From Octopus vulgaris (lineage: Eukaryota): a DNA stretch of 64,000 nt. The position numbers and the translations under genes are program-made. Positions 50,518 through 62,209 of the stretch are shown here, piece after piece (position 1 is the first letter of the stretch; the number at the start of each line of letters is the position of its first letter). The stretch lies in assembly GCA_951406725.2 (NCBI GenBank), contig OX597828.1, forward strand, positions 1,054,001-1,118,000, written 5' to 3'. Below the pieces are notes generated by a model that saw only the letters and a program-made list of their open reading frames with translations, had not been told where the DNA came from and searched no databases.

Positions 50518-50826
50518 TCTTTATATATAAAACTGAAGTTGTGTGTGTGAGAGTCTGTCTACTCCAATTTAGATTCCTAAGTACTCCCACATTTTGCGGT
50601 GCAGTTTAACCAAAAGCGGGTATCTTATAGTCGTGATTCATATCGAGCCCTTCTGGGTATTAGCGCGCGTCTACGATGAGTCTATGATTTTTAAAAAACT
50701 TTACCATCATTTTTTCGTTTTTTTAATGCATTTTTTACTCGGTTTTATATAAGAGAAGTAACTCTCTAAAATGCTTATATAGTTATCTCCCTTACAAACC
50801 CGAGCAACGCCGGGCGATACTGCTAG
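50518..50826 (+). mobile_element. Complete 309-bp non-autonomous Helitron
   Basis: A|TC start, hairpin cccgagcaacgccggg 50799-50814, CTAG|T end. A related 3' end is at ~36714-36742 and a related 5' end at ~55374. Confidence 0.9.
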
Positions 50827-51200
50827 TTAAAGATAATTCATTTCAAAGAAAAATAATACATAATTTATATACACACATATTTAAAGGAATAATTTGTGTA
50901 TATACACACAGATTTATGCTTTCACATGCATTTTCACTGACCTGTTCATATTTTCTAGTTCGTTAATTACGCAAGACTTAATAAATATGCAAAGAAGAGT
51001 TCAATTAATATGGCATTCATTAGGAAGAAGTTTTCTTGATCCTTAAATGTTGAGTTCATTTATGTCTGGATATTTTGCATAGGTAAATATTTCTAAAAGG
51101 GTTTCAGATCATAATCTCCACAGATCACGAAAAATTTCTGAGGTTATACTATATGTATAGATGCTATAATTCAAAACAAAATATAAAAACATTAACAACT

Positions 51201-51319
51201 CATTATTTACATTTGACAGATATTCGTCTTCATCTTGTTTGTTGTTAACACGTTTCAGCTGATATACACTCCAGCCTTCATCAAGTGTCTTGGGGAAATT
51301 TTCCTAAGGTATTTTTCAA

Positions 51320-51360
<41 letters not shown>

Positions 51361-51502
51361 TCACTGCCTGGTATCAAACTCAGAATTTTGGGTTAGTAGC
51401 CCGCGCTCTTAACCACTACACCATATACCCATAGTGGTTAAGAGCATAGGCTACTAACCCCAATATTCCGAGTTTGATTCCAGGCAGTGACCTGAATAAT
51501 AA
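51201..51502. mobile_element. Second inverted tRNA-head/hammerhead pseudo-LTR insertion; right arm cut by an RTE
   Basis: Left arm matches 17752-17990 (degenerate core TTGATGA..GAAA); inversion point at the tRNA head near 51430; right arm ends in (AAT)n where the RTE tail begins. Confidence 0.8.
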
Positions 51503-52914
51503 TCATCATCATCATCATCATTTAACGTCCGCTTTCCATGCTAGCATGGATTGGACGATTTGACTGAGGTCTGGCGAACCAGACTCCTATCTGATTTGGC
51601 AGAGTTTCTACAGCTGGATGCCCTTCCTAACACCAACCACTCCGAGGGTGTAGTGGGCGCTTTTACGTGCCACCGGCACGAGCGCCAGTTTGGTGGTACT
51701 GGCAACGGCCACGCTCAAATAGTGCTTTTTATGTGCCACCTGCACAGGAGCCAATCCAACAGCACTGGCAACGACCACGCACGAATGTGTTTTTTTCACG
51801 TGCCACCAGCACAAGTGCTAGAAAGGCAACGCAATAACGATCACGCTCGACTGGTGTGTTTAACATGCCATCGGCACAAAGGCCAGCTTGTTGCTCTAGC
51901 AACGATCTCACTCATATAGTACTCTTAGCACTCACTAGCATGGATGCCAGTCATCAAATTTGATTTCGATTTCACGTGCCTCAACAGGTCTTCGCAAGCA
52001 GAGTTTAGTGTCCAATGAAGAAAAAGCACGCGTAAGTGGACTGGCTACACACCTAGCATAGGCCACAAGGTTATGGTCACACTTGCACTTGCTGAGTCTT
52101 CTCAAGCACAGCATATTTCCAAAGGTCTCGGTCAGTAGTCATTTCCTTCGTGAGGCCTAAAGTTCGAAGGTTGTGCTTCACCACTTCATCTCAAGTCTTC
52201 CTGGGTCTACATCTTCCACAGGTTCCCTCAACCGCTAGGGTGTGGCACTTTTTCACACAGCTATCCACATCCATTCTTGCCACATGACCATACCAGCGCA
52301 GTAGTCTCTCTTGCACACCATATCTGATGCTTCTTAGGTCCAACTTTTCTCTCAAGGTACTTACACTCCATCGAGTATGCACACTGACATTACACATCCA
52401 TTGGAGCATACTGGCTTCATTCCTTGTGAGCTTACACATGTCCTCAGCAGTCACGGCCCATGTTTCACTGCCATGTAGTATGGCTGTTCGTACCTTTTAC
52501 TCTGAGCAAGAGCCCTTTTGTCACCAGCAGAGGTAGGAGCTCTCTGAACTTAGCCCAGACTATTCTTACTCTAGCAGCTACACTTTCAGCGCACCCAACC
52601 CCGCTACTGACTTGGTCACCTAGGTAATGGAAGCTATCAACTACTTCTAGTTTTTCTCCCTGGAATTTGGCGGAAGTTGTTCTCTGCACATTTTCAGTGT
52701 TATTTATAGCTCCCGAACATCTACCACATACAAAAGCTATCCTCCCAGTTAGCCTTCCTTTGATATTGCTGTACCTCTTATGTATCCATAGCTTACACTG
52801 GGTGCATCTTATAGAGTTTCTACCTATGCCTCTACTACAGATTGAGCATGGCCATCTACCTGAAGGGATTTGTGGTTTGCCTGCCTTCCTACTTATTAGG
52901 ATTTTGGTTTTAGC
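51503..52914 (-). mobile_element. RTE LINE 3' part
   Basis: (CAT)n tail at 51503, repeat-containing 3'UTR, WPCSICSRG..WIHKR, FHYLGD, LRWYGHV. Confidence 0.9.
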
Positions 52915-52930
52915 ATGGCTGCTGTCAAAT

Positions 52931-55020
52931 GATTGTGATGTCACAGGAGAGAAATGTGTTCGAATAGATGATGGTGCACTAGCTTTTAGTGATTCTGAAA
53001 AGAAAAAGGCTTGGAGAAGCCATTATGAAAGACTGCTGAATGTGGAGAATGAATTGGAGAAGGAGAGCCTGTCAAATGTTGACCCAGTAGGGGGACCAGC
53101 TATCCCAACAGACAGCTCCCTAGTAGTTAAAGCAATTAAGGGTATGAAGCCAGGAAAAGCCCCTGGCCCATCAGGAATCACTGGTGGTGAGGGCTATGGC
53201 CTAGTCACCCACATTGTAAACCAGGTAGTACATAACGGAGTCATACCCAATGACTGGCGTAACAGCACCATACTCAATTGCCATATGGGTAAAGGTGATG
53301 CTCTAGATAGGAATAACTACAAGGGTATTAAACTGCTGGATCAGGTGATGAAGGTCACAGAGAGGGTCATAGTCCATCTCATTAGGGAGAGAGTCTGCTT
53401 AGATGAGATGCAGTTTGGTTTTGTGCTGGGTAGAAGCACCACTGATGCCATATTCCAGGTTCAATAACTGCAGGAGAAATACCTTGCTTAAGATAAAACC
53501 CTATACTTAGCTTTTGTGGACTTGGAGAAAGCCTTTGATGTGGAAACTGGGAATTGACAAATGGTTAATAAGGGCTCTACAGGCCCTGTACAGGGAGGAC
53601 ATTAGTAAGGTTAGGATTGGCAACGAGTATAGTGAAGAAATCCGGGTAGAAGTAGGGATCTACCAAGTATCAGCCCTCAGTTCCCTTTTATGTATCATAG
53701 TCCTCGAGGCAATAACAGAGGAATTCAAGACAAGTGCCCCTAGGGCCTCCTCTATACTGATGACCTGGCCCTCATAGCAGAATCACTACTGAAACAAGAG
53801 ACAAAAATTCGGATGTGGAAGCAAGGTTTAAAATCTAAAGGCCTTAGAGTCAATGTAGCAAAGACCAAAGTTCTAGTAATTAGGAAAGCGTACACATCAC
53901 ACACCCTCAGGTAGGTGGCCCTGCTCGATCTGTAGAAAAGGTGTAGATAGAAACTCCATAAGATGTAGCTTTCGTGTGCAGCAGATGCACAGGGGCAATA
54001 AACACCACAGATGCTCAGAAAACAGATTCCATCACACTCCAGGGGGAGAAACTATAAGTAGTTGATAGCTTCCGCTACCTAGATGACTAAGTTAGTAGTA
54101 GGGGTGGATGCTCAGAGAGTGTTACCACTAGAATCAGAATAGCCTGAGCAAAGTTTAGAAAGCTTCTACACCTACTGGTAACAAAGGGCCTCTCACTCAG
54201 TGTAAAAGATAGATTGTATGATGCATGTGTGCGAACTGCTACATTTCACGGCAGTGAAACAGGGGCCGTGACTGTGGAGGACATGAATAGGCTTGAAAGA
54301 AATCAAGCTAGCATGATCCGCTGGATGTGTAACATCAGTGTGCACACACAACAGAGTGTAAGTGCCCTGTGAGAAATGCTGGATATAAGAAGCATCAGAC
54401 GTGGCATGCAAGTGAGATGTTTGCGCTGGTATGGTCATGTACTACGGATGGATGAGGAGAGCTGTGTGAAGAAGTGCCACTCCCAAACAGTTGAAGGAAT
54501 CTGGGGTAGAGGTAGAACCAGGAAGAGATGGGATGAGGTGAAGCTTGACCTTCCAATGTTGGGCCTCACAGAAGCAATGAAGAAAGACCAAGACATCTGG
54601 AGATATGCTGTGACTGCGAAGACCCAACAAATAAAGTGAGCTCATGGCTGTATCCTACACCAATTACGGATAACCAGCCCCATCCCATTCAAAAGTACCT
54701 TGGATCATAGGGTGACCTACTGTTCTTGAGGAGACCTATTGAGTCAAGTACATCAACATCAAAATGAAAATCAAATGGAAATTGCAGTTGTGTTAACTGT
54801 GCCAGTGGCATGTAAAAAGCCTCCTCTGGCCCCTGTACCGGTGGCACATAAAAAGTACCCACTACACTCATGGAGTGGTTGGCGTTAGGAAGTGCATCCA
54901 GCTGTAGAAACTCTGCCAGATCAGATTGGAGTCTTGTGCAGCCATCTAGTTCGCCAAACCTCAGTCAAATCGTCTAACCCATGCAAGCATGGAAAGCGGA
55001 TGTTAAACGATGATGATGAT
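52931..55020 (+). mobile_element. 5'-truncated RTE LINE
   Basis: CDVTGEKCVRIDDG ... NYKGIKLL ... RGRTRKRWDEV; (GAT)n tail near 55009. Confidence 0.92.
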
Positions 55021-55042
55021 AATATATATATATATATATATA

Positions 55043-55287
55043 TACCAGAGTAAGTACATAAATGTGAAACAAGGTGTAAAAAAATAGTTCTCAAATACCA
55101 GAGGTAGATTAATATGCTTTATGAATAAAGCTGCAAAGACATCACAAAAGCTGTTACTCAGAGTTTCACGTTCCCGTTTGCCAGACAGTTTTAGTTGAGA
55201 ATTTTGGTGTTCTCAACCAAACCTGTTTGACAAACAGGAAACTCTGAGCAACAGTTTACGTGATGTTTTTGCAGCTTTATTAATAAG

Positions 55288-55288
<1 letters not shown>
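55043..55288. mobile_element. Fold-back element, hammerhead family B (inverted arms, one with a ~75-nt tail)
   Basis: 55125-55200 is inverted relative to 55210-55282; degenerate cores CTGGCAA/TTGACAA...GAAA ctctgag; homologous to 55808-55962. Confidence 0.7.
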
Positions 55289-55336
<48 letters not shown>

Positions 55337-55458
55337 TACATCTATCTATATACATACATATAAATATATACATATCTCTTATATAAAATCCGTTCTGTCT
55401 GTGTGTGTGTCTTCTCGGATCTTGGGCATCCTCCATCCGACTGCACTCAAATTTATGG

Positions 55459-55709
55459 AAGACCAGCAGTCACCCATGCATACCGGCCTCTCCTCTCCAC
55501 GCCACCAGTGTTATCCAAGGGAAAGGCAAAAGGGCCGATACAGCTTGACACCAGTGACCTCGGAATTCATTTCTACAGCTGAGTGAACTGGAGCAACGTG
55601 AAATAAAGTGTTTTGCTCAAGAACACAATACGCAGCCCGGTCTGGGAATCGAACTCACAACCTCACAATTGTAAGCTCAACGCTCTAACCACTGAGCCAT
55701 GTGCCTTCA
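55459..55709 (-). mobile_element. tRNA-derived SINE (fourth family)
   Basis: A-box TGGCTCAGTGG and B-box GTTCGATTCC on the minus strand. Confidence 0.8.
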
Positions 55710-55723
55710 CACACACACATATA

Positions 55724-55811
<88 letters not shown>

Positions 55812-55908
55812 GGAGTAAACACACAAATGTGAAACAAGGTGGAAAAAAGAGTACTCAAATACCAGTGGTAGAGTAATATGCTTTATTTAAAGCAGCAGAA
55901 AATTCAAC

Positions 55909-55956
55909 AAAATCTGTTACTCTGAGTTTCTCGTTGCCGTTCATCAGACAGTTTTT
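55909..55956 (-). ncRNA. Minimal type I hammerhead ribozyme motif, family B, intact core
   Basis: Reverse complement aaaaactgt-CTGATGA-acg(gcaa)cga-GAAA-ctc-a-gagt-A-acagatttt: stem I ctgt/acag, GNRA-capped stem II, near-palindromic stem III, GUA triplet. Confidence 0.75.
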
Positions 55957-56049
55957 GCTAGAATGGAACCGATATATCAATTCAATCTAGACTCTTACAA
56001 ACTTGTATATATATATATATACATATATATATATACATATATATATATA

Positions 56050-56510
56050 CGGGAAAGATATGCCATAATATACATCTGGAAGATCCTGGAGGGAAGTGTC
56101 CTGAACTTTGGCATCGAGAGTTACGCAAATGCCAGAACTGGGCGCCACTGCGTGGTGCCTAGGACTCCAAACCTGCCATCAAGATGTAGGACAAGATTCT
56201 GTGATAGCCTGGGCTTCCGAGGCCCACAGCTCTTCAATATCCTCCCGAAGAACCTGAGAGACCTGCATGGGGTGGATACAGATGTCTTTAAAATGAAGCT
56301 GGATCTCTTCCTGTCAGGTGTCCCAGATGAACCAACTTCACGGCAGGAGGGGCAGATGAGGGCAGCTGCATCGAACTCTCTCATGCACCAAATAGCAGTT
56401 GCTAGAAAGCCCCCATGAAGTGAAACCAAGTAGCAACACCAAATGGCGGTGCCCCAGCATGGCCACAGCTCATAAGCTGAAACTAGAATAAATCAATCAA
56501 TCAATCAATC
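56050..56510 (+). mobile_element. CR1/L2-group LINE 3' end with (TCAA)n tail, between (TA)n tracts
   Basis: RERYAIIYIWKILEG ... GPQLFNILP ... FKMKLDLFLSGVPDEP ... SNSL; tail ggcggtgccccagcatggccacagc...ctgaaactagaataaa. Confidence 0.88.
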
Positions 56511-56522
56511 ATATATATATAC

Positions 56523-56553
<31 letters not shown>

Positions 56554-56555
56554 CG

Positions 56556-56587
<32 letters not shown>

Positions 56588-56596
56588 CGTATATAT

Positions 56597-56750
<154 letters not shown>

Positions 56751-56768
56751 GTATATATATATGTATAT

Positions 56769-59694
56769 ATCATCATCGTTCATCATCATCATCGTTTAAC
56801 GTCCGCTTTCCGCGCTAGCACGGGTTGGACGGTTCGACCGGGTCTGGGAAGCCAGGGGCCGCTCCAGGCTCCAGTCTGAATCTGGCAGAGTTTCTACGGC
56901 TGGATGCCCTTCCTAACGCCAACCACTCCGTGAGTGGATTGGGTGCTTTTTACGTGCCACCTGCACAGGGGCCGGAGGGTCCGGCATCGGTCACGATCGG
57001 TTCGAGCATTTTAACGTGTCAGCAGCACGGGGGCAACGAGGTCCGGGGTACTTTGGGGATCGGGGTACTTTGGGGATCCAGGGTACTTTGGGGATCCGGG
57101 GTACTTAGAATGGGTAGGGGGTATGTGGAATTGCTGCAGAAAGCAGCCCAGGTCTTTGTAGTCACAGCATATCTCCAGAGATCTCGGTCCTTCGCCATTG
57201 CCTCAGTGAGGCCCAATGCTCTGAGGTCATGCTTGACCACCTCATCCCATGTCTTCCTGGGTCTACCTCTCCCCCTGATACCTTCAACTGTTTGGGAGTG
57301 GCACTTCTTCACACATCTCTCTTCATCCATCCGCAGCACATGACCATACCATCGCAAGCGTCGCTCTTGCACACCACATCTGATGCTTCTTATATCCAGC
57401 ATTTCTCTCAGGATGCTTACACTCTGTCTTGCGTGCACACTGACACTACACATCCAGCGGATCATGCTAGCTTCATTTCTTTCAAGTCTACGCATGTCTT
57501 CTGCAGTCACAGCCCAAGTTTCATTACCGTGAAGCATGGCAGTTCGCACACATGCATCATACAATCTACCTTTTGCTCTGAGGGAGAGACCTTTTGTTGC
57601 CAGTAGGGGTAGGAGCTTTCTGAACTTTGCCCAGGCTATTCGTATTCTAGTGGTGATACTCTCTGTGCATCCACCTCCGCTACTAACTTGGTCACCCAGG
57701 TAGCGGAAACTATCAACTACTTCTAGTTTCTCTCCCTGGAGTGTGATGGAATCTGTTTTCTGAGTGTCTGTTGTGTCTATTGTCCCTGTGCATCTGCCGC
57801 ACATGAAAGCTATCTTATCTGTTAATTTCCCTTTAATGTTGCTGCACCTCTTATGTGTCCATAACTTACATTGGGTGCATCTTATGGAGTTTCTACCTGT
57901 ACCTTTCCTACAGGTTGAGCAGGGCCACCTACCCGAGGGGATGTGTGCTGAGTACCTCTTGCTGCTTACTAATACTTTGGTCTTTGCTACATTTATTCTA
58001 AGGCCCTTTGATTCCAACCCTTGCTTCCACACCCGAAATTTCTCTTCTAGTTCCGGTAGTGATTCTGCTATGAGAGCTAGGTCATCGGCATAGAGGAGCT
58101 CCCAGGGGCATCCCGTTTTGAATTCCTCTGTTATTGCCTGAAGGACTATGATGAATAAAAGGGGACTGAGGGCTGAGCCCTGGTGCACACCTACTTCTAC
58201 CCGGAATTCTTCACTATATTCGTTGCCAATCCTAACCTTGCTGACAGCCTCTCTGTATAGAGCCTGTACAGCCCTTATTAGCCATTCTTCAATCTCCAGT
58301 TTCCGCATCGACCACCAGATAAGGGAACGGGGAACCCTGTCAAAGGCTTTCTCCAAGTCTACAAAAGCTATGTAGAGGGGTTTATCTTTAGCTAGGTACT
58401 TCTCCTGCAGTTGTCGGACCAGGAATATAGCATCAGTGGTGCTTCTACCTGGTACAAAACCGAACTGCATTTCATCTAAACAAATTCTCTCCCTAATGAG
58501 ATTGGTTATGACCTTCTCTGAGACCTTCATCACCTGGTCCAACAGTTTGATACCTCTGTAGTTATTTCTATCTAGAGCATCACCCTTACCCTTGTAGCAG
58601 TTGACTATGGTGCTGCTGCACCAGTCATTGGGTATGACTCCATTGTGAACTACCTGGTTTACAATGCGGGTGACTATGGCATAGCCCACATAGCCAGCTG
58701 TTTTAAGCATCTCAGCAGTGATTCCTGATAGGCCAGGGGCTTTGCCTGGTTTCATATCCTTAATTGCCTTATCTACAAGGGAGCTGTCTATTCGGGTAGC
58801 TGGTCCCTCTACTGGGTCAACATTTGGCAGGCTCTCCTCCTCCCATTCATTCTCCTCATTCAGCAGTCTTTCATAATGGCTTCTCCAAGCCTCTTTCTTT
58901 TCACTAGTAGTAAAAGCAAGTGCCCCATCATCCATGCGGACACATTTCTCTCCTATAACATCGCTATTTTCTCTGACACACTGTCTGGCAATCCGAAATA
59001 CTTCAGCTCTTTGATCCTCGCGACGCTGGACATTGGCAAACTTCTTCTTTTCTGCTACATCTTTGGCAATGTATACCTGCTGCCCAGCCTCATTTTTGGC
59101 TATCTGGTACAGTTCCCTGCTGCCCCCATCCTTCCAGGCTTTCCAGGCCCGTCTCTTTTCACAGATGGCTTTATCTACTGCACTATTCCACCACCACGTA
59201 ATTCTAGGTCTGGAAGGGACTTTGCACCATCCACAGACTTGGTCTGTGGCACTCAACAAGCTGTCCCGTAGGAATTCCCAGCTACCTTCTATGTCTGACG
59301 TCTGAAGCTCCTCCTCCCTCTCATCAAATTTCTTGATGAGTATGTCCCTAAATTTCTGACCATGCGAAGGGTTCTTTAGCCTCCAAATCCTTCTTTTCTG
59401 GATTGGTTTGTTTCTTGGAGTCCTTCTGGCCTCAAGCTTAAAGTCACTGATGATTAGTCTATGCTGAGGGATACATTCTTCACCCGGGAGGGTCTTTGTA
59501 TTCAAGAGCAACCCTGCATCCCGTTGTCTGGTGAGGATGAAGTCTATTTGGCTAGCGGAGTCTCCTGACTGATAAGTTATAAGGTGGCAGACTGGCTTCT
59601 TGAAGTTAGTGTTGCAGATTGAAAGGTTACATGCATCACAGAATTCCAGCAGTCTAGTTCCCTCATCATTTCTGGTGCCAATACCATAGCCACC

Positions 59695-59697
<3 letters not shown>
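56769..59697 (-). mobile_element. Young 5'-truncated RTE LINE embedded in (TA)n
   Basis: (GAT)n tail near 56770, long (TA)n on both flanks, uninterrupted frame. Confidence 0.96.
57019..59697 (-). CDS. RTE ORF (partial AP endonuclease, RT, PHD-type finger), no stop over ~890 codons but lacking its N-terminus
   Basis: HGGYG..RNDEG..QIDFIL..QHRL; DLEKAFD; GVHQGSALSP; LLYADD; C4HC3 finger; FRYLG; RLRWYGHV. The first 30 aa of the ORF-track call are flank and microsatellite. Confidence 0.9.
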
Positions 59698-59739
<42 letters not shown>

Positions 59740-59740
<1 letters not shown>

Positions 59741-60110
59741 TGGACAACTTCCTGGTGGGGGCCAGAGTATGAAGATGTCACCAACATGTCACAGCTATAG
59801 CATTGACTTTAGTGGTCTTCAACCTAGAGCCATACTCTCAAAGTATTCCATGTGCATGTTGACCATTACTGGTGATAATGGTAAACCCATAGCCAGGCCC
59901 ATTCTTGCCCATACTGATACATGTCAGTACCTTTTCTGAAGTAGGTCGTTTCTATGCAGTAGGTCAACATTTCCGTCGAGTTCCCTATAGGTATACTAGT
60001 ATGTTTCTTTAGAGAGGTGTCCACAACTAGTTTGTCATGAATTACTGATAATGCTTCATCAGTTGAGACTTTGGTGAACAGACTTAATACATCTAGATTC
60101 ACCATGGGGT
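59740..60110 (-). pseudogene. Penelope-like RT fragment
   Basis: LDVLSLFTKVSTDEAL ... LTYCIETTYF ... GLAMG.P.SPV, then YV.DIF.LW-like motif. Confidence 0.72.
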
Positions 60111-61475
60111 ATCTTTGATCAGTCCTGTGAAATGTGTGGAATTCTCCACATGTGATACTGACTTACTTGATGAGAATATCTCAACCAGCTTATGAACTTT
60201 ACATCCGATCATTGTACATACTATTTCCTGTCTGTCTCAAACAATATCTAACCTGTTATATTTGCACTTGTTTGTTTGTTTATCTGTTTGCATGTATGTA
60301 TGTATGTATGTATTTATGTATTTATGTATGTATGTATGTATGTATGTATGTATTTATGTATTTATGTATGTATGTATGTATGTAGCACCAGTAACAGTTA
60401 AGCTTCGTGCAATGGCCATACTCGATAACGAGGGAGCAGCCATAATCTATCTATGTATGTATCTATGAATGTATGTATGTATTTATCTATGTATGCATGT
60501 GTACACAGAAGTGTGCATATACATGTGAAATCAGATGATAAGGTTGTTAGCCTGATATACTTTGGATTTTAATATCTAATCAAATTAGATATTTTTAGAA
60601 AGTTGCCACCAAAATATTGATAATTTTATCTTTAGCTAAAGCCATTTCAAATTTCCATCCTTTCACCAATAAATAAGGAAATGAGCAAGAAAGTCTATCA
60701 ACTGAAGTCAGAAAACATATAAAACAAGAGCATTCAGAGAGTGCAAACCTCTGCCAAGGCAACACCAATGTCCTCTCAACAATTAGCTAGAGATGATTTT
60801 TAACATGAGAATATCTGAAATAAACTCGACTGCTCTCACAAATGAGAATACTAAAAATGAACCCAACTGCTCTCAAAAATTAAGTAAAAAAAAAACAGGA
60901 AAAATAATCCAGAATCCTTGTCTGGTATAGGATTGATCCCAAAATCTAATCAGTTTATGCCAGCCATGAAGCCAAACATTCCTAAAAGTTTCATCTGAAT
61001 CCACCCAGGTAGAGGTAATAATTGCCAAAATTATGTCACTTGCTCTTCCATTTTCCATAACATTTTTAACTATCAAGAAGTATTTTTTAATTTGTTGCAA
61101 TGTAATTAGTTGAATCCTTTTCATTTCTTTTTCTTTTCCCTTTTTGATGACTTTCTGTGCCCATCCCACCAACCAACCTACCGACCAACACTTTTCAAAA
61201 TTGGATTAGTTGAACTAGTTTCAAACATAGGTATTAGTCGAGAAATTCTTCTTCAAAAGTGGTACAAGAACCTCATCCATATTGTTAAGGGGCACGCACG
61301 CACACAATCACACACACATCATAGATTTAAAATTGGCATGGGAAAAAAATCATGTTATATATATGTGAGCATATGTGCATTTTTTTGTCTCTCACCACTT
61401 GTCAACTGGTGTTGGTTTGTTTATGTCCCTGTGACTCAGTAGATCAGTAAAAAGAAACAAATAGAATAATTACTA

Positions 61476-61501
61476 ATATATATGTATATTATATATATAT
61501 G

Positions 61502-61550
<49 letters not shown>

Positions 61551-61753
61551 GTATATGTATATATGTATATGTATATATATATATGTATATATATATATAT
61601 GTATATGTATATATGTATATGTATATATATATATGTATATATATATATATGTATATATATATGTATATATATATATGTATATATATATATATGTATATAT
61701 ATATGTATATATATATGTATATATATATGTATATATATATGTATATATATATG

Positions 61754-61804
<51 letters not shown>

Positions 61805-62125
61805 GTATATATATATATGTATCTATATATGTATATGTATATATGTATATATATATATATGTATATGTATATATGTATATATATATATGTATATATATAT
61901 ATGTATATATATATATGTATATATGTATATGTATATATATATATATGTATATGTATATATATATATGTATATATGTATATGTATATATGTATATATATAT
62001 ATATGTATATATATATATGTATATATATATATGTATATATGTATATGTATATATATGTATATATATATGTATATATATATATGTATATATGTATATGCAT
62101 ATATATATATGTATATATGTATATA

Positions 62126-62188
<63 letters not shown>

Positions 62189-62208
62189 ATGTATATATGT
62201 ATATGTAT
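61476..62208. repeat. ~730-bp (TA)n/(TATATG)n microsatellite
   Basis: Direct reading. Confidence 0.97.
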
Positions 62209-62209
62209 C

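Noticed and set aside
52667-53467. 266-aa ORF as a novel fusion protein
   Set aside because: Antisense read of one RTE running by chance into the sense frame of the adjacent RTE.
60720-61010. Possible Helentron/HINE-like non-autonomous repeat
   Set aside because: Resemblance is from memory only; single copy here and no termini I could verify.
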